From: Abditibacterium sp.
Lineage (GTDB): Bacteria; Armatimonadota; Abditibacteriia; Abditibacteriales; Abditibacteriaceae
Length of the DNA stretch: 64,000 nucleotides
NCBI GenBank assembly: GCA_965199495.1
Contig: CBDASK010000003.1
Location: forward strand, 1,504,001-1,568,000
Reading direction: 5' to 3'
Shown: positions 1-9,872 of the stretch, piece after piece
Position numbering within the stretch: the first letter of the stretch is position 1
How the letters are laid out: each line of letters opens with the position of its first letter
Made by a program: the position numbers and the translations under genes
Notes under the pieces: generated by a model
What the model was told of the DNA's origin: nothing
Database searches by the model: none
The model's input: only the letters and a program-made list of their open reading frames with translations

Positions 1-2
1 TG

Positions 3-1424
3 TTGAGGCGCGGTGGTTTGACTGGCGGCAACGAAATCACGACGATTGTCGCCGACGATGCGGACGGCGCCGATGCCGTTTATTTCGGCACGTTAGGCGG
101 CGCTTCGGTTTATCGTTACACCGCCAAGCGCGGCGTCGAAGAGTATTGGAAGGCGACGACAGGCGCGATTTACACGCTCAAAATGAATAACGGCAGCCTC
201 TACGCGGGTTGCGATGGCGGCGATGTGTGGAAACTCAACGGCGAAATTGGCGACGTGCGCGCCGCCCGCGTTTTGGACGCGACGCAGCCGCAGGTTCTGG
301 CTCTGGCGGCGCAGGGCCAGACGCTTTATGCCGCGACTGCCAACAACGCGGCGGTTTACAAAATCGGCGCCGACGAGGGCGATAAAAGCAACGAATACGA
401 TTCGGATATTTTCGACGCCAAAAGCGTGGTGCGCTGGGGCGCGCTCAACACACTGGGCGAGGGCGTGACGATTCAAACGCGCAGCGGAAACACGGTTGAC
501 CCCGACGCGACTTGGAGCGATTGGGCGGCGCTCGACAACGGAAAAATCGCCTCGCCCGCCGGTCGCTACTTGCAATATCGCGCCAAACTCGAAGACGGCG
601 GCAAGCTCGCGCGCGTCGAAGCGCTCTATCGCGCGCCCAACCGCGCGCCCAAAGTGACGCTGACTTTGCCCAAAGGCGGCGAAACAATCCGCGCCGACAA
701 AACTTTGACATGGACAGGCACCGATCCCGACAGCGATGCGCTCCGTTACGCGGTTTCGATTGCGGGCGCCGACGGAAAGTTCGCGCCCGTCCAAGATCCG
801 ACGCCGACCGACGCCAAAGTTGATCTCGACACCACGAAATACAAAGATGGCGTCTACCGTTTGCAGGTGCGCGCCTCGGACGCCGCGCGCAACCCCGAAG
901 ACCCGATGAGCGACACGGCGACTTCGCTGCCCTTCACCATTGATAACACGCCGCCGACCTTCGCGAGCTTGAGCGTGGTCAAAGCCGATAACGGCTGGAA
1001 GTTAGAGGGCGTGGCGGGGGACGCGACTTCGCCGTTGGCGGGCGCCGAATGGCGCATCAAGCCCGACGAACCCAAAAAGCCGGACGCAACCAAGAAAGAC
1101 GACAAAAAAGCGGGCGCCAAAGTCGAAACCGTCGCGGTCACGACCGGCGATTCGACCGACGACGCGACGGATGACGCCACAGACGACACGACCAAAACCG
1201 ACGATGCCAAAGCGAAAGCCGACGCCAAAGCCGCAGCCACGGCGCGTAGCGCGTGGCAGGCCGTCGGCGCGGCGGACGGTTTGTTCGACAGCAAAAGCGA
1301 GACGTTAATCGCGATTTTGGATTCGGATTTCGCGCCCGCTCCACTCCAAAGCGGCCTGGAAATCGAAGTGCGTTTGCGCGATGCGGCGGGCAATTCGACG
1401 ATCAAAACGTTGAAGTTGCCGTAG
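3..1424 (+). CDS. 5'-truncated secreted-type protein with beta-propeller-like repeats and Ig/FN3-like C-terminal domains
   Basis: 473-aa ORF open at window edge; repeated 'lYAG/ATxxxxxVYK' blades; 'DPDSDALRYAV...DGVYRLQVRASD...FTIDNTPP' Ig-like pattern. Confidence 0.6.
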   Translation: MRRGGLTGGNEITTIVADDADGADAVYFGTLGGASVYRYTAKRGVEEYWKATTGAIYTLKMNNGSLYAGCDGGDVWKLNGEIGDVRAARVLDATQPQVLALAAQGQTLYAATANNAAVYKIGADEGDKSNEYDSDIFDAKSVVRWGALNTLGEGVTIQTRSGNTVDPDATWSDWAALDNGKIASPAGRYLQYRAKLEDGGKLARVEALYRAPNRAPKVTLTLPKGGETIRADKTLTWTGTDPDSDALRYAVSIAGADGKFAPVQDPTPTDAKVDLDTTKYKDGVYRLQVRASDAARNPEDPMSDTATSLPFTIDNTPPTFASLSVVKADNGWKLEGVAGDATSPLAGAEWRIKPDEPKKPDATKKDDKKAGAKVETVAVTTGDSTDDATDDATDDTTKTDDAKAKADAKAAATARSAWQAVGAADGLFDSKSETLIAILDSDFAPAPLQSGLEIEVRLRDAAGNSTIKTLKLP

Positions 1425-1508
1425 GGATTTTGGGTTGAGAAAGGCGAGGGTTTGCGGGATGGTTGGCTGTCGGCGTAACGGCACTGGATTAAGGTTTCGG
1501 CAACTCGC

Positions 1509-1665
1509 ACTCACACCCCCACTGCCTTCGGCATCTCCCCCTCCGAGAGGGGAAGAATGCCTCATCAGGTTGAAGAGCTTTCTTGGTCAATGTGGAGCTG
1601 CGAAGTAACTGAGGCATTCTTCCCCTCTCGGAGGGGGAGATGCCGAAGGCAGTGGGGGTGTGAGT
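1509..1665. repeat. Long inverted repeat (REP/REPIN-like hairpin, family B)
   Basis: Perfect 56-bp arms 1509-1564 and 1610-1665 around a 45-bp spacer. Confidence 0.9.
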
Positions 1666-1689
1666 TCAAGTCGCTTCCAACTTAACCCA

Positions 1690-2070
1690 ATGCCACTGCC
1701 AATGCTCAAACGTCTACTGAAAATCGCGCTCATCGTATGCGCCATATTTTCGCTACCGATAATCGCGATAGCAACGTTCGTCTGGTATAGCGATTATCGC
1801 GAAGCGCGCAACACTTTCACGATAGAGCAGGTCTGCTCGATCAAAACGGGCGAAAACATAGACGAGGCGCTGAAGAAATTGGGTGATCCGGTCGAATATC
1901 ACACCTACAATTTCAGCAACGTTTACAGTGGGCAATATCGCAATGTGCGGTGCGGTTACTTCGTTGAAATTCCTTATACGCAGGATAAAGGCATAGTTGA
2001 AGAGATATTTTGGGGACGAGGCCGCACCCAAACTCTGGCACAAAGCGGCGTCTGTGGTAAATCTCGATGA
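1690..2070 (+). CDS. Hypothetical membrane-anchored protein
   Basis: ORF with N-terminal hydrophobic helix; start moved out of the repeat (ATG 1690 or 1702); lower GC. Confidence 0.55.
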   Translation: MPLPMLKRLLKIALIVCAIFSLPIIAIATFVWYSDYREARNTFTIEQVCSIKTGENIDEALKKLGDPVEYHTYNFSNVYSGQYRNVRCGYFVEIPYTQDKGIVEEIFWGRGRTQTLAQSGVCGKSR

Positions 2071-2203
2071 AAATATAAGCCGCAATTTGGAAATTTCCGT
2101 GCCATAACAATTTCACATTTCCCCCTAACTTTAAAACGGAATTGAGCGGCACTTTCGCGGGTTTAACGCGTCCAAATTCACGGTAAAAACAACGGCCCAT
2201 CCC

Positions 2204-3115
2204 ATGACTTCTGGTAGCCCCACTTCGCAAATCGAGGCGCCCGCGCCCGACACCACAGAATCGCGGCCTGCGGGCGCGACTTCGGCGCCGCCGCGCGCGC
2301 GCATTTCCGCCGCTCCTTCGCGCGTGGTGAAGTGCTATCTTTCTATCGTCGTGCCCGCCTACAACGAGCAAGACCGTTTGCCTGACACACTTACTGCCAT
2401 CGCCGATTACTTGAAAATGCGCGATTTTTCGCACGAATTGCTGGTCGTTGACGACGGTTCGCGCGATTCGACGCGCGATGTCGTGCGCGAATTCGCCGCC
2501 TCGCGCTCGTGGGTTCGCCTGGTGCAATACGACGACGAACACGGCCACGCCTTGAACAGAGGCAAAGGTTTCGCGGTGCGCGCGGGCATCGAAGCCGCCG
2601 TTGGTCGCGACATTCTGTTTTCCGACGCCGATCTCAGCACGCCCATCGAAGATATGGAGCGATTATTGCCGCCGATTTCGCGCGGCGTGTGCGACGTGGC
2701 TATTGCTTCACGCGCGCTGCCCGAATCGAATTTGGACGTGCATCAACCCGCGCACCGCGAATGGATGGGCCGCACTTTTAACCGTTTGGTGCAAGCCATC
2801 GCGGTGCCCGGCGTCGTGGATACGCAATGCGGTTTTAAAGCATTTCGTGGCGATGTCGCCAAACGATTATTCGCGATGGCGCAAATTGATGGCTTCGGTT
2901 TCGATCCCGAAATTCTGTTTCTGGCGCACAAATACGGTTACACCATTCGCGAAATTCCCGTGACGTGGCGCCATCGCGATAACTCGCGCGTTAATCCGAT
3001 CACGGCGCCGTTTTCGATGTTTAAAGAACTTTTGGAAATTCGCTGGAACGATGCGCGCGGCCTGTATGACGAAGAGCCGAAAGTGCAAAAGCAACCCGAA
3101 CCGTCCGAGCGTTAG
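2204..3115 (+). CDS. Glycosyltransferase family 2 (dolichyl-phosphate beta-glucosyltransferase-like)
   Basis: LSIVVPAYNE, VVDDGSRD, GKGFAV, FSDADLS, DTQCGFK motifs. Confidence 0.92.
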   Translation: MTSGSPTSQIEAPAPDTTESRPAGATSAPPRARISAAPSRVVKCYLSIVVPAYNEQDRLPDTLTAIADYLKMRDFSHELLVVDDGSRDSTRDVVREFAASRSWVRLVQYDDEHGHALNRGKGFAVRAGIEAAVGRDILFSDADLSTPIEDMERLLPPISRGVCDVAIASRALPESNLDVHQPAHREWMGRTFNRLVQAIAVPGVVDTQCGFKAFRGDVAKRLFAMAQIDGFGFDPEILFLAHKYGYTIREIPVTWRHRDNSRVNPITAPFSMFKELLEIRWNDARGLYDEEPKVQKQPEPSER

Positions 3116-3248
3116 GGGCACGAAAACTTTGTGGGGCACACGAGGGCACAGAACTTGAGCGACGAAACCGGAAATTTACGCGGTTTTATCGTGCTGAGTT
3201 CTGTGCCCTTTGTTGTTTTTATCGCGAAATTTTATTGCCCTCCTTTTC

Positions 3249-4457
3249 ATGCTTTCAAAAATTCAGTCCGTCATTCAAGAAACTTTGCCGTCGAGTCCGG
3301 CTTTCAAGGAGTTCACCGACAACGAAAAATCGGCGGGCGTTTTCCTGATGATCTGTTCGATTGTCGCGTTGATTTTAGCCAACTCGCCGCTATCCGCGAC
3401 TTATCTGCATTGGTGGAAAATCTATCTCGGCCCACCCGGTTTATCGTTGAGTTTGTCGCACTGGATTAACGATGGTTTGATGGCGATTTTCTTTATGCTG
3501 ATTGGCCTGGAACTCAAGCGCGAGGTTTATGTCGGCGAACTTTCCGACGTCAAAAACGCGACCTTGCCGATTATCGCCGCGCTGGGCGGCATTTCGGTTC
3601 CGGCGCTAATTCACTTCGCTTTCAATCGCGGTTTGCCCACGCAAAGCGGCTTCGCCATTCCGATGGCGACCGACATCGCTTTCGTTTTGAGCGTCTTGGC
3701 ACTGGCTGGAAACCGCGTGCCGGTTTCGCTGAAAATTTTCTTGACCGCCATCGCCGTCATTGACGATTTGTGCGCCATTATCGTAATCGCGCTCTTTTAC
3801 ACCGCCGATTTGAACCTGACGTATCTCGCGATGGCGGGCGGCGTGGCTGTTCTTTTGGTCATCCTCAACAGAATGCGCGTGATGAGCTTAATTCCCTATC
3901 TATTATTGGGCGCGTTGATGTGGTTTTTCATGCTCGAATCGGGCATTCACGCCACAATCGCGGGCGTAATTCTGGCGTTTGCCTTTCCGTTTCGCTCCAC
4001 AGTTGAGGGCCAAAAATCGCCGATGGCGCGTTTAGAAAGCGCGCTGCACAAACCCGTGGCTTTTATCATTCTGCCGATATTCGCTTTCGCCAACGCGGGC
4101 GTTGTCATCGGCGGCGGCGCCGTTGCCGGTCTGCTTGCGCCCAACGGATTGGGCATCATGGTGGGATTAATTTTGGGCAAGTTCGTCGGCGTTGCTCTGG
4201 CGAGTTTTTTTGCCGTCAAAGTCGGTTTGGGCGCGTTGCCCAACGATATTCACTGGAAGCACGTTGCGGGCGCCGCGTGGCTGACAGGTATCGGTTTCAC
4301 GATGTCCATTTTCATTACCAATTTGGCGTTTGAAACGCAGGGCGATTTGATCAACAGCTCCAAAATGGCGATTTTGCTTTCTTCGATTATCGCCGGTGTC
4401 ATCGGTTATCTTTGGCTCATCACCGTCAGCAAATCATCAACAAAATCGCAGTCGTGA
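3249..4457 (+). CDS. nhaA: Na+/H+ antiporter NhaA
   Basis: WINDGLMAIFF, AIPMATDIAF, AVIDDL, GIGFTMSIF motifs; ATG 3249 preferred over TTG 3210. Confidence 0.95.
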   Translation: MLSKIQSVIQETLPSSPAFKEFTDNEKSAGVFLMICSIVALILANSPLSATYLHWWKIYLGPPGLSLSLSHWINDGLMAIFFMLIGLELKREVYVGELSDVKNATLPIIAALGGISVPALIHFAFNRGLPTQSGFAIPMATDIAFVLSVLALAGNRVPVSLKIFLTAIAVIDDLCAIIVIALFYTADLNLTYLAMAGGVAVLLVILNRMRVMSLIPYLLLGALMWFFMLESGIHATIAGVILAFAFPFRSTVEGQKSPMARLESALHKPVAFIILPIFAFANAGVVIGGGAVAGLLAPNGLGIMVGLILGKFVGVALASFFAVKVGLGALPNDIHWKHVAGAAWLTGIGFTMSIFITNLAFETQGDLINSSKMAILLSSIIAGVIGYLWLITVSKSSTKSQS

Positions 4458-4573
4458 ATCAATAAATGGGTTTCAACCCATGATTTCGGCTTCAAGATCA
4501 AAGGGGTTCCGCACGCTACGAGTAACTTGTTCGCATCAGAATTTCCGGCTAAAATGAGATTGAGAATCAATTT

Positions 4574-4897
4574 ATGAAGAGTCGAATTATGTATATCGAA
4601 CGCAAAGCGGGCAATCTTACCGGGACAGCTCGCATCGGTCGCGTCACGTTTTCCAAAACCGGCAAAACACTTTATTATCGCGGTAAGAAGTTGCAAAGCC
4701 TCAAAGGCAATGGCTTCAAAGCGAATTTTTACGATTTGGCAACCGGCGAAGATTTCTGGATTTCTGGCTGCAAAAAAGATGGTACAGATCGGCTCTATGG
4801 CGAACGCTTGCCCATCAAAATAGACGATGATGTGCGAGAAGAGTATTGGCTAAAAATCCGTGAGTTACCCGCAAAAGTTGAAGATTACGTTGCATAA
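4574..4897 (+). CDS. Small hypothetical protein
   Basis: Clean 107-aa ATG ORF ending at a terminator (ARIGRVTFSKTGKTLYY...FWISGCKKDGTDRLY). Confidence 0.7.
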   Translation: MKSRIMYIERKAGNLTGTARIGRVTFSKTGKTLYYRGKKLQSLKGNGFKANFYDLATGEDFWISGCKKDGTDRLYGERLPIKIDDDVREEYWLKIRELPAKVEDYVA

Positions 4898-4939
4898 ATA
4901 AAAGCGCCGCTTCACCAAAATGGTGAAGCGGCGTTTTAT
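4898..4939. terminator. Bidirectional intrinsic terminator
   Basis: ataaaagcgccgcttcacc-aaaat-ggtgaagcggcgttttat between convergent genes. Confidence 0.8.
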
Positions 4940-4951
4940 CGTCAGCCGAGC

Positions 4952-5554
4952 TTATTTATCGTTGCCGACGCGCATGGCTTTGTCGAGGATGTGATCGATC
5001 ATGCCGTAGGCTTTGGCCTCTTCGGCGCCCATCCATTTATCGCGTTCGACATCGGCTTCGATGCGTTCAATCGGCTGGCCGGTGTGATGGGCCATGATCG
5101 AGTTGAGCGTGCTTTTGAGCGTCAGCATTTCGCGTAAATTGATTTCGGCGTCGGTGGCCTGACCTTCAAAACCGCCCGACGGCTGGTGAATCATCACGCG
5201 CGCGTTGGGCGTCGCGTAACGCTTGCCCTCGTCGCCCGCGCACAGCAAAAGCGCGCCATAAGACGCGGCGTAACCCGTGCAAATCGTGGCGATGGGACAG
5301 GAAACGGTTTGCATCGTGTCGTAAATCGCGTTGCCCGCGTAAATGGAGCCACCGGGCGAGTTGATGTAGATGTCAATATCGCGTTCGGGGTCTTCTTTTT
5401 CCAAGAACAGAAGTTGCGCCTGCACGACCGTTGCGAGCGCGTCGGTGACTGGCTCGTGAATGAAAATGATGCGCTCTTTGAGCAAGCGGTCGAAGATGCT
5501 CATGCCGCGCTCGCCGCGCGGGGTGTCTTCGACGACGTAAGGAACTAATGGCAT
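4952..5554 (-). CDS. clpP: ATP-dependent Clp protease proteolytic subunit
   Basis: YINSPGG, AASYGA (catalytic Ser), MIHQP, ERDKWM motifs. Confidence 0.97.
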   Translation of the reverse strand: MPLVPYVVEDTPRGERGMSIFDRLLKERIIFIHEPVTDALATVVQAQLLFLEKEDPERDIDIYINSPGGSIYAGNAIYDTMQTVSCPIATICTGYAASYGALLLCAGDEGKRYATPNARVMIHQPSGGFEGQATDAEINLREMLTLKSTLNSIMAHHTGQPIERIEADVERDKWMGAEEAKAYGMIDHILDKAMRVGNDK

Positions 5555-5704
5555 AGTGGTTTTTGGTTTGGGCGTTGGAACGCGAAAGAAAATTGGAAAA
5601 CTCGCTTTCGCAAACGCAAAGAGACGCCGTTTGGCGCCTCTTCACAATCTCCCTATTCCTACGCTTGCGCCCCCGCGACGTTCCGCGTGGCTGCTGACAA
5701 GCAC

Positions 5705-7288
5705 CTACACGCTGGTGTCGGTTTTGGCGTCCTCGACCGGGCCGCCTTCGGGTTCGACAACGCTGCGATCCGTGTCATCAACCGGCACATCTTCGCTCGC
5801 GGCATCGGAAGTTGCGTCCTCGCTTTCGGCGACGAACGTAGTATCGGCGCCCGCGTCTTCGGCTTCGTCCTCCATCGCGTCCAATTCGTCCATCGCGTCG
5901 GCGATGTCAGCATCTTCGAGCGCTTCGTTGGCTTCGTCGTCCATCGCGGGCATATCCATCGAAACGGCGTTGCCCTGCTCGTCGGTGATGGCGGACAAAT
6001 CCACCAAATAATCGATCGCTTTGCGCTGCAAAATCGAGGTGCGCACATTAGCCACCGGCACGTTCTGCACCAATTCTTCGGGCGGCGTGTTGGTGACATT
6101 GGCCATCAACAGATAATGCTGCTCCAACTCTTCGCGCGAAACCGGGAACTGCTGGCCTTCGGCGATTTGATCCAAAACCAACTCGGTTTTGAGTTCGCCC
6201 GCCAATTCTTCTTTCAAGTCGTCTTCGAGCTGTTCCTGCGTCGAATTGATCGCGCTCAAATAGGCTTCCATCGTGGCGCCATTTTGTCCCAATTCCTGCG
6301 TGATGCCTTCCAAACGCTCCTGCAAACGCAGGTCAACCAGAGCCGATGGCACATCGAAATTGGTGCGATCCACGATCTGCTCGACCAAGGCTTCGCGCAC
6401 CTCTTTGCGCGCCTCACGCTCGCCGGTGGCTTGCAGATACTGGCGCAGGTTATTTTTCAAATCTTCGACGTTCTCGCTCTGACGAATCTGGGCGAACTCA
6501 TCGGTCAATTCCGGCACGACTTTCTCTTTGATCGCCGTGACTTTGACCTCGAACTCGGCTTCTTTGCCCTGCAAATCGGCGTCGGGAAATTCGTCCGGGT
6601 AGGTCATGGTGAAACGCTTGGTTTCGTCCAGATTGATGCCGACCAATTGGTCGTCAATCGCTGGCACAAAACCGCTTTCGCCCACGACGAAACCGCGCAG
6701 GTTGGCGGGTTCTTCGCTTCTGGGTTCGCCATCCAAAAAGACCTGCACATCGGCGAACAAAACGTCGCCCATTTCGACCGCGCGTTCGGGCGCGTTCTTC
6801 AAATAGGCCGCTTCCTCGCGCATCTGATTCAAGGCCTGCTCAACGTCTTCGTCGGTGATTTGAATGTCGCGCTTGACGGCGGCCAAACCTTCGGTCGAAC
6901 CCAGTTCGATTTCGGGACGCGCGATGACGCGGGCCACGAAGGTGAACGGCTTCTCGTTGTCGAAGGCGTCGAAATCAATTTCGTCCACTTCGGCGCGTTC
7001 GAGCGGAATCACTTTTTCCTGTTCGAGCGCGGCCTGATAGGCGGCGCCGACGATCTGGTCGGCGACTTCTTGGGCGATGGCTTCGTCGCCGACGTTGCGG
7101 CGCACGATGCCCGCAGGAATCGAACCGGGACGAAAGCCGGGCACGCGAATGCGCTTGGACATCTCTTTCACGACGCGCGCGCGCGCATCGCTGACGGCGC
7201 TGGGCGCGACTTCGATGTTGAGGGTAATGACGCCGCCCTCGCCGGGCGCACGGGTGACATTTTGCAGTTGGATGGGGTTATTTTGCAC
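5705..7288 (-). CDS. tig: Trigger factor with acidic C-terminal tail
   Basis: VPGFRPG ribosome-binding loop, FKBP-like middle (TYPDEF...LQGKEAEF), upstream of clpP; GTG start. Confidence 0.93.
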   Translation of the reverse strand: MQNNPIQLQNVTRAPGEGGVITLNIEVAPSAVSDARARVVKEMSKRIRVPGFRPGSIPAGIVRRNVGDEAIAQEVADQIVGAAYQAALEQEKVIPLERAEVDEIDFDAFDNEKPFTFVARVIARPEIELGSTEGLAAVKRDIQITDEDVEQALNQMREEAAYLKNAPERAVEMGDVLFADVQVFLDGEPRSEEPANLRGFVVGESGFVPAIDDQLVGINLDETKRFTMTYPDEFPDADLQGKEAEFEVKVTAIKEKVVPELTDEFAQIRQSENVEDLKNNLRQYLQATGEREARKEVREALVEQIVDRTNFDVPSALVDLRLQERLEGITQELGQNGATMEAYLSAINSTQEQLEDDLKEELAGELKTELVLDQIAEGQQFPVSREELEQHYLLMANVTNTPPEELVQNVPVANVRTSILQRKAIDYLVDLSAITDEQGNAVSMDMPAMDDEANEALEDADIADAMDELDAMEDEAEDAGADTTFVAESEDATSDAASEDVPVDDTDRSVVEPEGGPVEDAKTDTSV

Positions 7289-7332
7289 GACTTGAGAAAT
7301 CCTTTTCGTTTTAAATTTTGGAATCGCTCTGG

Positions 7333-7467
7333 TTCAGGAAACGGGAAACAGGAGACGAAGGAGACAGTTTGTTTTAACATCGAAATCCAGAGAGCAAAAA
7401 TTTTCCTTGCCCACTGAACTCATGCGAGTTCCTGTCTCCTTCGTCTCCCGTTTCCTTGTCTCCTGAA
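7333..7467. repeat. Inverted pair of ~7-nt tandem repeats (family D)
   Basis: ttcaggaaacgggaaacaggagacgaaggagacag ... ctgtctccttcgtctcccgtttccttgtctcctgaa. Confidence 0.75.
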
Positions 7468-7552
7468 CATCGCCCGATTCACAAAAATGCCCCGCTCACG
7501 AGAGATGTGCGCGGGGCTTCGGGCTGGTCAAGAGCAAATTGAAATGGAGAAA

Positions 7553-7625
7553 AGCGGAAGACGAGACTCGAACTCGCGACCCTCACCTTGGCAAGGTGAT
7601 GCTCTACCAACTGAGCTACTTCCGC
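7553..7625 (-). tRNA. tRNA-Gly(GCC), no encoded CCA
   Basis: Reverse complement GCGGAAGTAGCTCAGTTGGTAGAGCATCACCTTGCCAAGGTGAGGGTCGCGAGTTCGAGTCTCGTCTTCCGCT forms a canonical cloverleaf. Confidence 0.97.
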
Positions 7626-7640
7626 GTTAGGGCACAAACA

Positions 7641-7669
7641 ATTTTACGGCGAATCCGGCGGCTTGTCAA
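7641..7669 (-). promoter_or_regulatory. Sigma70-type promoter of tRNA-Gly (and possibly tig-clpP)
   Basis: TTGACA-17 nt-TAAAAT on the minus strand, 15 nt upstream of the tRNA. Confidence 0.85.
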
Positions 7670-7777
7670 GGGCCAACCGCAATTTATTTTTCTGTGCTGA
7701 TTTTTTCATTTATCTAAAGCCCCATTTCCCCAATTCTGAGAAACTCATGGTTAACTCTAATTTTTCGTCGCGCTTCC

Positions 7778-9130
7778 ATGTCCCTCTCCGAATCAAACGA
7801 TTTTGCTTCCAATTCGCTCCAGCCGCCCGACGAAGAGACGAAGGTTTTGCGCGCGCGTTTGCGTCAGCGCGAGCGCCAAATCGAAGCGATTCGTTCGGTT
7901 TCCGAAACCCTGTTTTCGCACGATTCCATCGAAGCGATGCTGGAGGAAACATTAACTTTAGCGATGGAGACGCTTGACGCGGGCGTGGGCGCGGTTCTGC
8001 TCTACGAGGCCGAACGCGACGCGCTGGTTTTTCGCTGCGCTTTTGGCCCCGACGCGCACCAACTTCTCAACCAAACAATCGGCACAAATCAGGGCATCGC
8101 CGGGCGCGTATTTTGTAGCGGCCAGCCCAACCTCACCCCCGATGCGTCCAGCGAACCGGATTTCAACAGCGAACTTCACCACGCGATTGCGACGCGCACG
8201 CGCTCTATCGTGACCGTGCCGCTCAAGCGGCGCGGCGCGGCGCCCATCGGCGTGATGCAGGCGCTCAGTTTCGAGACGGCCTACGACAATTACGATTTGG
8301 AAACCCTCGAAATTATCGCCAGCCAAGCCGCCATCGCCATCGAAGATTCCGAGCGCGAACAACAGACCCGCAAAGCCGCGATGGTCTCGTTCATCGGCGA
8401 TTTGTCGCACGACATCAAAAATATGCTGACGCCGATTCAAACCGGCATGTGGACGCTCGACCCGATGCTGCGCCAGATGTTTGACGAACTCGAAACTGCG
8501 GCCAAGGATTTGACGCCAGAGCAACGCCTGGAAATCGAAAAAGCGACGCACCTCACGCGCGGCGAATACGAGTGGATGCTGCAAAACGCGCTCGATGCCG
8601 CCGACCGCGTGCAAAACCGCACCAAAGAAATCGCCGACGCCGTCAAGGGTATTTCGTCGCCGCCACGCTTCGAGGCTGGCGACTTCAACGACGCCTGCGA
8701 AGAGGCCGTGGCTGCCCTGCGCCTCGTCGCCCACGACGCGCAGGTTGAACTGGAACTCGAACTCGATTCCAACTTGCCGATGGTGCAGTTCGACCGCAAA
8801 CAGATTGATACCGCGCTTTATAATCTGATTAACAACGCGATTCCCGAAACGCCTGAAGATGGCACCATCCTAATTCGCACGCGCGCTTTTATCCCGGAGC
8901 CGGATAAATTTACCGTCGAAGTCGCCGATACCGGCAAGGGGATGCCAGCTAATGTGCGCGAAAAACTTTTCACCGACGAAGCGATTTCGACCAAAATTGG
9001 CGGCACCGGTCTGGGCACGCGCATCGTCGGCGACATCGTCAGACGCCATCACGGCACAATTAGCGTCGAAAGCGTCGAGGGCCAAGGCACGACGTTTACG
9101 TTGATTTTGCCGATGAAACAGGGTGGATAA
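7778..9130 (+). CDS. GAF-domain sensor histidine kinase (cytoplasmic, orphan)
   Basis: GAF region (QGIAGRV...TRSIVTVPL), H-box LSHDIKNMLTP, N-box NLINNA, G1 DTGKGM, G2 GGTGLG. Confidence 0.92.
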   Translation: MSLSESNDFASNSLQPPDEETKVLRARLRQRERQIEAIRSVSETLFSHDSIEAMLEETLTLAMETLDAGVGAVLLYEAERDALVFRCAFGPDAHQLLNQTIGTNQGIAGRVFCSGQPNLTPDASSEPDFNSELHHAIATRTRSIVTVPLKRRGAAPIGVMQALSFETAYDNYDLETLEIIASQAAIAIEDSEREQQTRKAAMVSFIGDLSHDIKNMLTPIQTGMWTLDPMLRQMFDELETAAKDLTPEQRLEIEKATHLTRGEYEWMLQNALDAADRVQNRTKEIADAVKGISSPPRFEAGDFNDACEEAVAALRLVAHDAQVELELELDSNLPMVQFDRKQIDTALYNLINNAIPETPEDGTILIRTRAFIPEPDKFTVEVADTGKGMPANVREKLFTDEAISTKIGGTGLGTRIVGDIVRRHHGTISVESVEGQGTTFTLILPMKQGG

Positions 9131-9163
9131 TTACGCTTTATTAAATCAAAATTTGCATTCCAA

Positions 9164-9324
9164 GGCTCATTTGTCATTTCGAGCGAGGCACGAGCCGAGA
9201 AATCTTGCGGCCCCGCGCCAGCGGAGATAACGCTAAATCTTCAACTGTCGAAATTTCAGACTTCCGCTGGCGCGGGGCCGTAAGATTTCTCGGCTCGTGC
9301 CTCGCTCGAAATGACAAATGAGCC
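9164..9324. repeat. REP/REPIN-like hairpin family A (TGTCAT...AGAAATCT)
   Basis: ~62-bp arms 9164-9225 and 9263-9324 with one G-T mismatch. Confidence 0.9.
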
Positions 9325-9361
9325 ATAATGCGCGAGTCTTCTGAACCATAAACCAGATCGC

Positions 9362-9778
9362 ATGTTAGCCCAATTTCTGCTGCCGATGCTCTCGGCGAAA
9401 TTCGGCGACGACGCTTTTGCGACGGGCGATAATCCCCTCGTCACTTTCGCACCCGCTCACGTCGCTGTCGGCGAATTGCGCGTCTTTGAAGTGGGCCGCG
9501 AAGGCCGCATCGAAATTGATAATTTAACGCACGGTCATTTTTACTCGTTCGGCACTTACGCGACGCCAGAAGCAGCCACGCGGGAGTTAGCCGAGAATTT
9601 ATTCGATTTCATTTGCGATCTTTTCGCGGAAAAATATATTTTGTGGCGCGCCAAAAATGACGGTTCCGGCGGCTGGTTCTACCATGATAACAGCGAACCG
9701 CTTGATTTGCCTGTGGCTGCCGACAACGCCGATTGGTTTTTCTGGTCGGGGCCGATAACAAATATCCAGGCTGTATAA
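9362..9778 (+). CDS. Hypothetical protein
   Basis: 138-aa ATG ORF filling the gap, host-like codon usage. Confidence 0.6.
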   Translation: MLAQFLLPMLSAKFGDDAFATGDNPLVTFAPAHVAVGELRVFEVGREGRIEIDNLTHGHFYSFGTYATPEAATRELAENLFDFICDLFAEKYILWRAKNDGSGGWFYHDNSEPLDLPVAADNADWFFWSGPITNIQAV

Positions 9779-9872
9779 AGCGAGTTTTAGCGCTCTCTAC
9801 AGGGAAACGTGGCAAAAAACCGGAAAAAGTGGTAATTTGTTTTCGTCCCCTTTTTACAATTCGGTGCTTTCT

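Noticed and set aside
5687..7417. 576-aa plus-strand ORF, and similar long antisense ORFs at 21397-22425, 28711-30897, 35934-37058, 38216-39262, 44758-45753 and 46805-47695
   Set aside because: Antisense shadows of well-supported genes in a GC-rich genome; no recognisable motifs
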